In this document: positions 27,663-36,639 of the stretch, in pieces
Layout: each line of letters starts with the position of its first letter
How positions within the stretch are numbered: the stretch's first letter is position 1
Assembly: GCA_963666735.1 (NCBI GenBank)
Contig: OY762926.1
Location: 704,001 to 768,000 of the forward strand
Direction of reading: 5' to 3'
DNA: 64,000 bases
Source: Gemmatimonadota bacterium
GTDB taxonomy: Bacteria > Gemmatimonadota > Gemmatimonadetes > Palauibacterales > Palauibacteraceae
Made by a program: the position numbers and the translations under genes
Notes under the pieces: model-generated
What the model saw: only the letters and a program-made list of their open reading frames with translations
Database searches by the model: none
What the model was told of the DNA's origin: nothing

Positions 27663-29246
27663 CTATCCATCTCCCGCGCGGCCCGCCAAGAAGGACGCGA
27701 CCTGGCGGTCGGTCTCGCGTGCGAGCCGCTCCACGAGTCCGGGCCCGTAGCGGCAAAGGAAGGAGAGCGGGTTCAGCACGCGTTCCTGAGGGCGCCGCCG
27801 CGGAGAGAGGTTCGCCCCCGCGCGGCGCACCTGGCCCAGCCGGACGTCGAGTCGTTGCCGGGTCGCGCGGTCCACCTGGCGCGACAGTCCGGAGACGGCA
27901 TCGAGGACGCCTTTCCGCATCTTCCCCGCCGCCCCCCGCAGCCCCGGCACCTCTTGGGCCACGGCCTCCTCGATCGCGGCCATCCCGGTCTCGGCACCCT
28001 CCCGGAAACGCCCGAGCGCACGCTCCACCGCTTCCGGCCGCGCCTCCCGCGTGAGGCGTTCGACGACCGGCTCCGCTCCCCCGGCGAGATCCTGCGGCGA
28101 AAGCCCCGTCCGCTCGAGAACCCGTCGCGTGCGCGCCTCGACCAACGTCCACGCCGCGCGCGGATGGATGGACGGAAGGGGCACGTCGAGGTGGCCGAAC
28201 AGCGGCCCGAGTTGGCTCCAATACGCGATCTCGCCGGGTCCCAGCACCGTCGCGACCACGGGGAAGAGGTAGGACTCGAGCGCGGGGCGGGACGCGACGT
28301 TCGGCGAAAAGCTCTCGGGCGCGGCCTCCAGCCGTTCGTGCCAGCTTTCCGGCCGCGCCGTCCCGTCGCGCCGGACCCGATGTCTGCCGCCGCCGTCGTC
28401 GAAAAACAGCGGCAGCGCATCCTCGACGCGTGAGATCGGCGCCTCGAAACCCGACGCCAGCAGCGCGCGCCCGCCCGCCGCCTCGGCCTCCAGGGCTCCG
28501 TCCCAGTCGGCGAGAAGCCGGCGATACAGGGGGATCGCGGCGCGCCGGACGTCCGCCTTCGCGGAATCGATCCAGACGTACCCCCGATCGCCGAGGACGC
28601 CCGCGAGGAAGCGGGCGAAAGCCGCGGAGACCGAACGTCCCTCGGCATAGGCGTCCCGCACCAACTCCAGGTAGTGCGCCGTAAACTCCGATTGGGGAAC
28701 GACTTCCGGCAGCGTGTCGAGGACGTCCATTGCGGGACCGTCCAGCACGTGCGATCCGACGGAGCGGCGCTCGCCGCCAGCGGGGACGGGAAGGATGAGT
28801 GTCCGCGCGGCGTCGGACCGGTCGAGGATCGCCGCGCTTCCCACCTCGTCCCAGTCGTGGTCGTCCGAGGCGATCCAGAACAGCGGAACGACGGGCGCGC
28901 CGAGCGTCCGCTCGAGCCGGGCGGCGAGCGAGATGGCGGTGAGCGCCTTGTAGAGGACGTAGAGGGGCCCGAGGAGGAGGACGGGCTGGTGCCCCGCCGT
29001 GACGAAGGCTCCCCGCCCCCGGAGGACGGACTCGAGGCGTGTGCGGGCCCCGGCTCCGGAGACGCCGAAGGACTCGGGTCCGAGCCGGGAGGGGCGCGCG
29101 GGCGGACGAGTGGCGGCAAGACCGCTGGCGAGCGGGAGAAAGCCGGGGTCGTCGGCCCCCAGGACGGCGTGCGAGATGGAGCCGGCCACGCCCAGGGGGC
29201 GCGAGAGGATTTCCGGGTTCTCCGGCGGATTCACAGACGGATTCAC
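27663..29246 (-). CDS. bshC: Bacillithiol biosynthesis cysteine-adding enzyme BshC
   Basis: TAGHQP..L.GPLY.LYKA, P.FWIASDDHDWDEV, FSPNV..RP, GPGEIAYW.QL, PQERVLN. Confidence 0.9.
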   Translation of the reverse strand: MNPSVNPPENPEILSRPLGVAGSISHAVLGADDPGFLPLASGLAATRPPARPSRLGPESFGVSGAGARTRLESVLRGRGAFVTAGHQPVLLLGPLYVLYKALTAISLAARLERTLGAPVVPLFWIASDDHDWDEVGSAAILDRSDAARTLILPVPAGGERRSVGSHVLDGPAMDVLDTLPEVVPQSEFTAHYLELVRDAYAEGRSVSAAFARFLAGVLGDRGYVWIDSAKADVRRAAIPLYRRLLADWDGALEAEAAGGRALLASGFEAPISRVEDALPLFFDDGGGRHRVRRDGTARPESWHERLEAAPESFSPNVASRPALESYLFPVVATVLGPGEIAYWSQLGPLFGHLDVPLPSIHPRAAWTLVEARTRRVLERTGLSPQDLAGGAEPVVERLTREARPEAVERALGRFREGAETGMAAIEEAVAQEVPGLRGAAGKMRKGVLDAVSGLSRQVDRATRQRLDVRLGQVRRAGANLSPRRRPQERVLNPLSFLCRYGPGLVERLARETDRQVASFLAGRAGDG

Positions 29247-29995
29247 AGTGTCCGTCCCATCAGCAGCAGGCGGGCCGAGTCGCCTCGAAACGGCGTCCCG
29301 TCGTAACCGCCGAAAGTGTTCGTCGCCTCGAGTCCCTGTTCACGGAGGAGCGTGCGCAGCGCATCCGGGGAATAGAGGCGCACGCGTTCGTGGTAGACCT
29401 CCGGTTCGCGGCCGGCGGTCCCTCCGATCTCGATCCGCTTGAAGACCTGGTCTCCTTCCACCCACCGCGTCTGCCTCACGGGGGTTCCGTTGATCTCGCC
29501 CGCGGACTCCGGGTCGAGGCGGTCGATGACCCATGCCGCGTGCAGATAGTCCATCAGGAAGGGGGCGCCGGGGCGCAGCACCCGCCGGATTTCCCGGAGA
29601 ACTTCGATGTCCTCTTCCGGCGTGAGAAAGTAGCCGAAGGAGGTGAAGAAATTCACCAGACCGTCGAACGTCCCGGCGGCGAAGGGGAGCCTGCGCATGT
29701 CCGCGCGGACGAGGGATCCGTCCACGCCCGGGCGCGCTCGGGCCGCATCGAGGAGCGGTGCGGAAAGGTCGATCCCGACCGCCTGCAGATCCGCCGCCCG
29801 GAGACGCTGCAGGTGCCGCCCGGCGCCACAGGCGAGGTCGAGGACGCGGGCGCCCGCCGCGAGCCCCGTGCGCTCGCGGTAGAGCGCGACCGCGCGGGCG
29901 GCCTCCTCCTCATCCCGATGCGGATACAGCTCGAGATAGGCTCGGCCGAACCAGTCCCTGAACCACTCGGCGGGGGCGTTCATCGATCCGCTCAC
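29243..29995 (-). CDS. Class I SAM-dependent methyltransferase
   Basis: WF..WF...YLELY.HRD, LDLACGAGRH, DMR, FTSFGYF, ERVRLY. Confidence 0.88.
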   Translation of the reverse strand: MSGSMNAPAEWFRDWFGRAYLELYPHRDEEEAARAVALYRERTGLAAGARVLDLACGAGRHLQRLRAADLQAVGIDLSAPLLDAARARPGVDGSLVRADMRRLPFAAGTFDGLVNFFTSFGYFLTPEEDIEVLREIRRVLRPGAPFLMDYLHAAWVIDRLDPESAGEINGTPVRQTRWVEGDQVFKRIEIGGTAGREPEVYHERVRLYSPDALRTLLREQGLEATNTFGGYDGTPFRGDSARLLLMGRTL

Positions 29996-30002
29996 GGTTC
30001 GC

Positions 30003-30479
30003 TCAGGGCCCCTTGTGGTACGGCTCGCCGCGGAGGATCGTGGCTGCCCGGTAGAGTTGCTCCGTGAGAACGAGTCGCGCGACTTCGTGCGGAAGCGTCA
30101 TGCCCGAGAGCGCGAGCCGGGCCCGAGCCCGGTCGAGCAGCCGCGGGGCGAGGCCGTGCGCCCCTCCGATCGCGAACGCGGCTCCGGGCCGTCCGTAGGT
30201 GCGCATGTCGTCGATGTAGTCCGCGAGGGCCCGCGTGGTCCAGCGCTCACCGTCGCGCGTGAGCGCGATGAATTCCAGCTCGTCGGGGAGCCGCCGATCG
30301 AGGGCCGCCGCCTCCCGCTCCCGCGCTTCCGGGGCGCGCGCATCGGGAAGTCGCGCCGGAGCGACCACGACGGCCTCGAAGCGGATGTACCTCCGCAGGC
30401 GGTCTTCATATTCCTCCGTCGCCCTTCGAAGAGCGGTGGCCCGGTTCCGTCCGACCGAGGCCACGAGAATCCGAGTCAC
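30003..30479 (-). CDS. rlmH: 23S rRNA (pseudouridine1915-N3)-methyltransferase
   Basis: F.IGGA.G, LS.MTLPHE..R..L.EQLYRA..I..G.PYHK. GTGA overlap start. Confidence 0.93.
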   Translation of the reverse strand: MTRILVASVGRNRATALRRATEEYEDRLRRYIRFEAVVVAPARLPDARAPEAREREAAALDRRLPDELEFIALTRDGERWTTRALADYIDDMRTYGRPGAAFAIGGAHGLAPRLLDRARARLALSGMTLPHEVARLVLTEQLYRAATILRGEPYHKGP

Positions 30480-32242
30480 TCTTCGGCCGGCGGACCAGCG
30501 TCTCTCCGGTCCGATGCCGTATCGCGAATCAGGCGTCTCACCTCTTCCCAGCCGGCCTTCCATGTGAGAGTCTCGGGGAGCACCCAGATCGGCAGGTCCG
30601 AGTCGAAGAGCGGGCCGAGCCGGGAGAGATCCTTGCGCGTGGTGAGCACGCCGCCCCGCCCCGCCGCCCGGGTCACGGCCGTCCGTTCTCTCGGCGATGG
30701 AACCCCATGATCGCTTAACGCGAGTTGCTCCCGAACCGACGCACACGCGGCGCCGGCCTGCGCGAAGAAAAGATTGGGCTTCATGATCCCGGTCAAGGCA
30801 ACGCGCGGCGCCGGCGATCCCGGCCAGCCGCGCGCCCCGGCGCTGGCGGCCTCGGGGGAGCCGTAGCCGAACACGGCCGTCGCCACGGGGACGCCGCGGG
30901 CCAGACGCTCGATGCGGGCCCGGAGTTCGCCGTCGAAGCGGGACAGTTCGGCCGTCCAGGGTTCCCGCCCCGTGGTGACGATCGCGTGGGCACGAACGAC
31001 GGCCCGTTCCCAGGACTCGCGAAACGGACCGGCGGGGAGTCGGGCCCGGTTCGTCCGGCGAAGCGCATCCCGGTCGAGGACGAGGAGGTTCAGATCGCGG
31101 AAGAGGCGGCGGTGCTGAAAGCCATCGTCGACGATGGCGACCGTCGCTCCCTCCGCGGCTGCCCGCCGCGCGGACCGCAGCCGGTCCGGGTGGCCGCGGA
31201 TCGATGTTCCCGGTGCTTCATGCGCGAGCAGCTCGAGCTCGTCGGTGTATCCCCGCGCGAGAAGGGCCGGGCGATGCCCGGCCTCCTGGAGCGTACGGGC
31301 AATGCAGGCGGCGAGCGGTGTCTTGCCGCTTCCTCCGATTGTGACGCCGCCGACCGATATCACGGGGATGCCGGCGGAGTGCGCGCCCAGAAGGCCGAGA
31401 TCGTAAAGGCGGTGCCGACCCTCGTGGACACCGCCGTAGATGCGGGCCAGCCCCCTCAGGGGCAGCGCCGCGCGCGGACGGCGCCACTGGTCGCGGAGAC
31501 GGCGTTCGAGCGAGCGCCGCACCGGAGTCCCGCGCCCCGGCCGCGGCATGCGATCCCCCTCGGACCCCTCGCCCTCGCGTCCCTCGCGCACGATGAGCGG
31601 CGGACGGGCGCGGCGCGCCTCCCGCGCCGCCTGCTCGCAGCGCGCCACCTCCCGCTGGAGTGCGGCCTGTATGTCCCCGGTGTCGGGAGCGCCATCCTGA
31701 AGGACCGGGGCGAGCGACACGAACACCGTGGCCCCGGGGGCGGGGATGAGGAAGCGATCCCAGCTCGGGAGCCGCGGGCCGGTCGAGGCCGCGACTCCGA
31801 CCACGGTCACGGAACTGTCCATCAGCATCGCGATGCGCGCCGTGCCTTCCTTCAACGACCGCCGCGGACCGCGGGGTCCGTCACCCGTGAGAATCACGCC
31901 GCGTCCCGCCGCGAAGGAGCGCGCCAACTGGCGGAAGCCGGCCGAACCGCCGCGTGTGCTCGAGCCCCTGGCCACCTCGTAACCGAGGCGCCGGAGGATG
32001 CACGAGATGATCTCGCCATCGCGGTCACGGCTCGCGAGCGTGGCGAGTTCCTGGCCCGCGAGGAGGCATGTGAGTGGAAGGAGGTGTTCGTGCCAGCACG
32101 CGTGAACCTCATGCTTCAGCAGGGGCCGGTACGGCCGGCGGGGGTCGTCGGGGTGCCGGAAGCGCCACGTCCGGCTGATGGGAAGCGCGGCGCGCACAAG
32201 CCGGACCGCGAGATCCAACGGGATGCGCCGAGCGCTCAGCAC
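30476..32242 (-). CDS. lpxK: Fused DUF374 (LpxJ-like acyltransferase) + tetraacyldisaccharide 4'-kinase LpxK
   Basis: One frame: N-part CWHEHLL, SRDRDGE, RGSSTRGG, DGPRGP, SWDRF.IP.P (DUF374); C-part PVISVG..T.GGSGKTP, RGY.DE, DDGFQH, LPAGPFRE, TT.KD (LpxK). Confidence 0.85.
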   Translation of the reverse strand: MLSARRIPLDLAVRLVRAALPISRTWRFRHPDDPRRPYRPLLKHEVHACWHEHLLPLTCLLAGQELATLASRDRDGEIISCILRRLGYEVARGSSTRGGSAGFRQLARSFAAGRGVILTGDGPRGPRRSLKEGTARIAMLMDSSVTVVGVAASTGPRLPSWDRFLIPAPGATVFVSLAPVLQDGAPDTGDIQAALQREVARCEQAAREARRARPPLIVREGREGEGSEGDRMPRPGRGTPVRRSLERRLRDQWRRPRAALPLRGLARIYGGVHEGRHRLYDLGLLGAHSAGIPVISVGGVTIGGSGKTPLAACIARTLQEAGHRPALLARGYTDELELLAHEAPGTSIRGHPDRLRSARRAAAEGATVAIVDDGFQHRRLFRDLNLLVLDRDALRRTNRARLPAGPFRESWERAVVRAHAIVTTGREPWTAELSRFDGELRARIERLARGVPVATAVFGYGSPEAASAGARGWPGSPAPRVALTGIMKPNLFFAQAGAACASVREQLALSDHGVPSPRERTAVTRAAGRGGVLTTRKDLSRLGPLFDSDLPIWVLPETLTWKAGWEEVRRLIRDTASDRRDAGPPAEE

Positions 32243-33399
32243 GGTGCGCCCGGGCCATCCGGGGACTCCAGGAGATCGATCGCGTGCCTCGCAACCCGGG
32301 CCGCGCACCCGGGTTTCCCGAGCCGTTCGCGAACGACGCCGAAACCGCGAAGCATCTCGCGCCGCTCGGGCGCCTCTTCGCCGAGGAGCGCCTCGAGCGC
32401 CTCCGCCGCGCGCGCCGCCGTCAGCCGATCCTGCAGGAACTCCGGAACTACCGGGGCCTCCGCAACGAGGTTGACGAGTACGATGGACGGCACCCGCACA
32501 AGCCGGCGGCCGATAGCCCACTCCAGCCTGCCCATGCGGTAGCCCACCACCATCGGCACGCCCGCCAGCGCGAGTTCGAGCGTGATCGTGCCGGACTTCG
32601 TGAGGGCGGCCCGGGACCGTTCCGTTACCTCGCGCGCGCCCGCGGTCGGGAATCCCGCCGCGGCGTAGAGCGATTCCGGCAGGTGAGAGGGGCGCGCGAC
32701 GACGAAATCGAGATCCGGATGCCGCCGCGAGAGTCGCCGCGCGGCGTCGGCGAAGACCGGAAGCATGCACCGGACCTCCTGCGCCCGCGATCCGGGGAAG
32801 AGTCCGATCACCCTCCTCGCACCGGATGTTCGGCGCTGCGCGGTCGCGCGAGCCCCCGCACCGTTTCCCGGAGGGCGCGGACCGTCAAGGAGCGGGTGCC
32901 CGACGAACTCCGTCCGCACGCCGTACCGCTCGAGCAGCGGTGCCTCGAACGGGAGCACCGTGAGGACGCGGTCGCAGTCGCGCCGGAGCTTTTTCGCCCG
33001 GCGCTCCCGCCAGGCCCACACCTGCGGCGCGATGTAGTAGAGGACCCGGCGTCCCCCCCGCCGCGCGCTTCGAGCGAGCCGAAGGTTCAGCTCCGGGTAA
33101 TCGATCGGAAGGAACAGTCGCACCCCTTCCGTCAGGAAGAGGCGCCGGATCCTGCGCTCCAGTCGAAGGAAGCCCGGCAGACGGCGCAGCACCTCCGTCC
33201 CCCCCATCACCGACAACTCATCCAGCCCGGCGATCCTCGACACACCGGCCGCGTCCATCTCGGCGCCTCCGATCCCGAACAGCCTTGCCTCGGGCAGCTT
33301 CCGGCGGATCTCCCGCGCGACCGCCGCGCCGTGGTGGTCCCCGGAGGATTCGCCGGCGGAGATGAAGACCGCCGGCCGCCGGCGTGGATGTGGGGTCAG
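32236..33399 (-). CDS. lpxB: Lipid-A-disaccharide synthase; probable CTG start
   Basis: AGESSGD..G...L.GIGG.EM N-terminus lies upstream of the first ATG (33258). IDYP..N, PQVWAWR, LPFE, VGHPL, PGSR..E, SGT.TLE. CTG at 33399 overlaps the upstream TGA. Confidence 0.93.
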   Translation of the reverse strand: MTPHPRRRPAVFISAGESSGDHHGAAVAREIRRKLPEARLFGIGGAEMDAAGVSRIAGLDELSVMGGTEVLRRLPGFLRLERRIRRLFLTEGVRLFLPIDYPELNLRLARSARRGGRRVLYYIAPQVWAWRERRAKKLRRDCDRVLTVLPFEAPLLERYGVRTEFVGHPLLDGPRPPGNGAGARATAQRRTSGARRVIGLFPGSRAQEVRCMLPVFADAARRLSRRHPDLDFVVARPSHLPESLYAAAGFPTAGAREVTERSRAALTKSGTITLELALAGVPMVVGYRMGRLEWAIGRRLVRVPSIVLVNLVAEAPVVPEFLQDRLTAARAAEALEALLGEEAPERREMLRGFGVVRERLGKPGCAARVARHAIDLLESPDGPGAPC

Positions 33400-33530
33400 G
33401 ACACCCGGCCGAGGTAGGCCATCAGCATGAGGACGAGCGCCAGGAGAATGAGGAGGACCAGCGTCCGGGGTCCCCGCTTGACGGCGCCTCCGAGCTTCTT
33501 CCGCTCCTCACGAATCTTGAGCAACGACAT
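33396..33530 (-). CDS. Small single-TM protein (44 aa)
   Basis: ATG after GAGGAG; MSLLKIREERKKL followed by a hydrophobic helix; its stop overlaps the lpxB CTG. Confidence 0.65.
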   Translation of the reverse strand: MSLLKIREERKKLGGAVKRGPRTLVLLILLALVLMLMAYLGRVS

Positions 33531-34482
33531 GTACGAACTCCTCGATTTCGCGGGTGATCCGGATCGCGACCGCCAGCGCTTCCCTGCCCGCGCGACCCGA
33601 TACCAGGCAGCTCGGACGTCCTGCGATCGCGTCGGCGAAGGCCTCGAGCTCCCGGGCGAGCGCCTCTCCGCCGCGGGCCTCCAGCGGCACATGCTCCAAC
33701 ATCGCCTCCACTCCCGTGATTTCGGTCGCGGTCTGAGGATCGCGCCGCCTGTAATGATGTCCCGTTCCGGCCGCCAGATCCAAGCTGAAGTACCCGGAGC
33801 GCTGGAACAACCGCAGCTTTCGCAGGGCCTTCAGCGCCACCCGGCTCGCGGTGATGTTCGCCACCGTGCCGTCCTCGAACGAGAGGCGTGCGCTAGCGAG
33901 GTCGATCCGGGGCGAAATGACGGGCACGCCCACCGCGCGCACGTCCGCCAGCGGCGCCTCCGTCAACGTGAGGACGAGGTCGATGTCGTGGATCATGAGA
34001 TCCAGGATCACGGTGGTGTCAGCCCCGCGGGGCTGAAACGGCGCCATGCGCAGCGATTCGATGAAGCGCGGCCGGTCCAGCCACGGGTCCGCGGCGAGGA
34101 GGATGCCGTTGAAGCGCTCGACGTGACCGACTCCGAGAACGACGTCCTTCTCCTCCGCGAGCGCGAGGATCTCATCCGCCTCGGCGATGCTCGCGGCCAG
34201 CGGTTTCTCGACCAGTGCGTGGCACCCCGCCCGGATCGCTGCGGTCGCAACCTTATGGTGCGCGGGAGTGGGCACCGCGATGACGACGGCGTCGACCCGG
34301 TCGAGGAGCGTCTCCACCTCCGGGAAGGCCGGCACGGACCAGGTGTGCGCGGTCGTCTCCGCCCGCGCTGCCGACCGGTCGTGGACCCCCTCCAACTCGA
34401 AGGCGTCGCTCTGCGCGAGGAGCCGGGCGTGCTCGGCGCCCAGCTTCCCGACCCCGACGACGCCGGCCGGGATCCGGCTCAC
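33508..34482 (-). CDS. Gfo/Idh/MocA oxidoreductase (GnnA-like)
   Basis: GVG.LG..HAR, EKP, GHVERFN, DLMIHDID, TASR; located between lpxA and lpxB. Confidence 0.85.
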   Translation of the reverse strand: MSRIPAGVVGVGKLGAEHARLLAQSDAFELEGVHDRSAARAETTAHTWSVPAFPEVETLLDRVDAVVIAVPTPAHHKVATAAIRAGCHALVEKPLAASIAEADEILALAEEKDVVLGVGHVERFNGILLAADPWLDRPRFIESLRMAPFQPRGADTTVILDLMIHDIDLVLTLTEAPLADVRAVGVPVISPRIDLASARLSFEDGTVANITASRVALKALRKLRLFQRSGYFSLDLAAGTGHHYRRRDPQTATEITGVEAMLEHVPLEARGGEALARELEAFADAIAGRPSCLVSGRAGREALAVAIRITREIEEFVHVVAQDS

Positions 34483-35333
34483 ACGGCGGACCGGGACTTC
34501 GTCTCGCGCGGCTCCGGCGGGAGGTCATCGTCCGGTCCGACGCGGGTCGCGGTCACGCCGCGCTCGGAATCCCGGATGAACTTCACGAGTTCCCGCACTT
34601 CGGGCGTCATCTCTCCACGCCGGACGCGATCGAGACTCGTGCGGAGCGGGTCCCCGGACCGGAAGATCGTCCGGTATGCGGCCTGCAGCGCGCGGATCGC
34701 CTCCGGCTCGAATCCCCGGCGTTCGAGGCCGATACGGTTGACGCCGTACGTGCGGGTCCGACTCCCCCCGGCGAGCGTGTACGGCGCAACGTCGCGCGAG
34801 ACGCGGGCGCCTCCTCCGACCATCGCATGGCGGCCGATCCGCGTGAACTGGTGGATGCCCGCCAGACCTCCCACGATCCCCCAATCTCCGATCTCGACGT
34901 GACCTCCCATGGTCACGCCATTGGCGAGGACGACATGATCCCCGATGAGGCAGTCATGGGCGATGTGCACGTAGGCCATCACGAGTGTGTCCGCCCCCAC
35001 CGAAGTCAGGCCGCTCGCGGCCGTCCCCCGGTTCAGCGTCGTGAACTCGCGCACAACGGTGCGGGGGCCGACTTCCAGGAAGGTGCGTTCCCCCGCGTAT
35101 TTCAGGTCCTGCGGGTCGGAACCCAGGACGGCCCCCTTCGCGATGCGCACATCCTCGGCCACGCGCGTGTCCCGCTCGATGAGCACGTGCGGGCCGATCC
35201 GTACGCGTTCGCCGACCTCCACGCCGGGGCCGATCACGGTGTACGCGCCCACGGTGGCGCTGGCAGCGATCCTCGCCGACGCATCGACGACCGCCGTCGC
35301 ATGCCGCCCCGGAGCGTAGCCCGCCGACGTCAC
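34479..35333 (-). CDS. lpxA: Acyl-ACP--UDP-GlcNAc O-acyltransferase
   Basis: Hexapeptide repeats, PQDLKY, REF.T..RGT, HIAHDC, HQF.RIG. Confidence 0.95.
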   Translation of the reverse strand: MTSAGYAPGRHATAVVDASARIAASATVGAYTVIGPGVEVGERVRIGPHVLIERDTRVAEDVRIAKGAVLGSDPQDLKYAGERTFLEVGPRTVVREFTTLNRGTAASGLTSVGADTLVMAYVHIAHDCLIGDHVVLANGVTMGGHVEIGDWGIVGGLAGIHQFTRIGRHAMVGGGARVSRDVAPYTLAGGSRTRTYGVNRIGLERRGFEPEAIRALQAAYRTIFRSGDPLRTSLDRVRRGEMTPEVRELVKFIRDSERGVTATRVGPDDDLPPEPRETKSRSAV

Positions 35334-35758
35334 CGGTCCATGACCTGTCCCAGAATCGTGGCCTCCGCCGCCACCCTGCCGTCGACCCGGGCCACCCCCT
35401 TCAGTTTTCCGCGCTTGCCCCGCCCCTGAACCAGGTCGAGCTCGAGGATCAACTGGTCGCCGGGGATGACGGGCCGCCGGAATTTCACACCGTCCACCGA
35501 CAGGAAGTAGATGACCTTGTCCTCGGGGTCTTCAAGGCCGCCCATCAGCAGGAGTCCCCCGCACTGGGCCAGCGCCTCGATGATGAGCACGCCGGGCATC
35601 ACGGGACGGCCGGGGAAATGCCCGGCGAAGAACGGTTCGTTCGCGCTCACGTTCTTCAGGCCGACGATCCGCTGCCCCGGCTCGATCTCCAGCACGCGAT
35701 CCACCAGGAGCATCGGATACCGGTGCGGGAGGATGTTCAGTATTTCGGTGACGTCCAT
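35330..35758 (-). CDS. fabZ: 3-hydroxyacyl-ACP dehydratase
   Basis: LPHRYPMLLVDR, NEPFF.GHFP..PVMPGVL..EA.AQ. TGATG overlap with lpxC. Confidence 0.96.
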   Translation of the reverse strand: MDVTEILNILPHRYPMLLVDRVLEIEPGQRIVGLKNVSANEPFFAGHFPGRPVMPGVLIIEALAQCGGLLLMGGLEDPEDKVIYFLSVDGVKFRRPVIPGDQLILELDLVQGRGKRGKLKGVARVDGRVAAEATILGQVMDR

Positions 35759-36639
35759 CACCCTTCCTCGTTCATCCCGTTCTCGCGCAAGCCGGCTCCC
35801 CGTGTCGTACCGCACGACACCAGCCGGCGGGCGAGTTCCAGATTGCCGTGATGTCCCGGCCGTTCCGCGACCACATGACATTGCAGCCTCGCGCCCACGA
35901 GGGCGAGGTCGCCGACGATGTCGAGAATCTTGTGGCGCACGAACTCATCCGGGAAACGGAGGCTCTGCCCGGCTTCAAGCCCATCTGCGGAGAGGACGAG
36001 CGTGTTCTCCGGCGTCGCGCCGAGGGCGAGTCCCCGCTCGCGTAGCGCCTCCCTCCATGTGGCCAGGCCGAAGGTGCGGGCCGGCGCGATCTCCCGCAGG
36101 AACGGCACAGGCTCCAGCCGCGCGCTCGCGGACTGCCGCCCGATGAGAGGGTGCTCGAAGTCGATCGTCGCCGAGATCCGGGCGGTCGCCGCCGGGAGGA
36201 CATCGTACCGGGTCCCCCCGACCTCCAGGTGGAGCGGGCGGTCGATCCGGAGGCTCGGCGCCTCCGCTGCCTGCGCGACCGGTCCGGCGTCCAGCAGTCG
36301 GTCGCACCACATGGCGGCGCTCCCGTCGAGAGCGGGAAGTTCGGGCCCGGAGACGTCGATCCGGAGGTTGTCGAGCGTCAGCCCGTGCGCCGCGGCGAGC
36401 ATGTGTTCGGTGGTGCGAACCACGGCTTCGCCGCTTCGGAGGGCGGTTTCGCGGTGGGCGGAGTGAACGGACTCCACCGTGGCGGGGATCTCGGGCGCAC
36501 CGGGAAGATCGGTGCGGCGGAAGCGCAGACCGCCGTGCTCGGGTGCGGGGCGGAGCCTGACGACGGCAAGCTCGCCCGTGTGTATGCCGTACCCGCGGAC
36601 CTCCACGGCCCGCGCGATCGTGCGCTGTTTCGCCGTCAA
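35758..36639 (-). CDS. lpxC: UDP-3-O-acyl-GlcNAc deacetylase
   Basis: QRTI, G.GIHTG, T.EH.LAA, APARTFG, DEFVRHKILD..GDL, GH. TTGA overlap start. Confidence 0.95.
   Translation of the reverse strand: MTAKQRTIARAVEVRGYGIHTGELAVVRLRPAPEHGGLRFRRTDLPGAPEIPATVESVHSAHRETALRSGEAVVRTTEHMLAAAHGLTLDNLRIDVSGPELPALDGSAAMWCDRLLDAGPVAQAAEAPSLRIDRPLHLEVGGTRYDVLPAATARISATIDFEHPLIGRQSASARLEPVPFLREIAPARTFGLATWREALRERGLALGATPENTLVLSADGLEAGQSLRFPDEFVRHKILDIVGDLALVGARLQCHVVAERPGHHGNLELARRLVSCGTTRGAGLRENGMNEEG

Noticed and set aside
35740..35830. Possible frameshifted LpxC-FabZ fusion (the two are fused in some phyla)
   Set aside because: Both ORFs are complete, joined by an ordinary TGATG overlap with an RBS-like GAGGAAGG; no slippery site seen.
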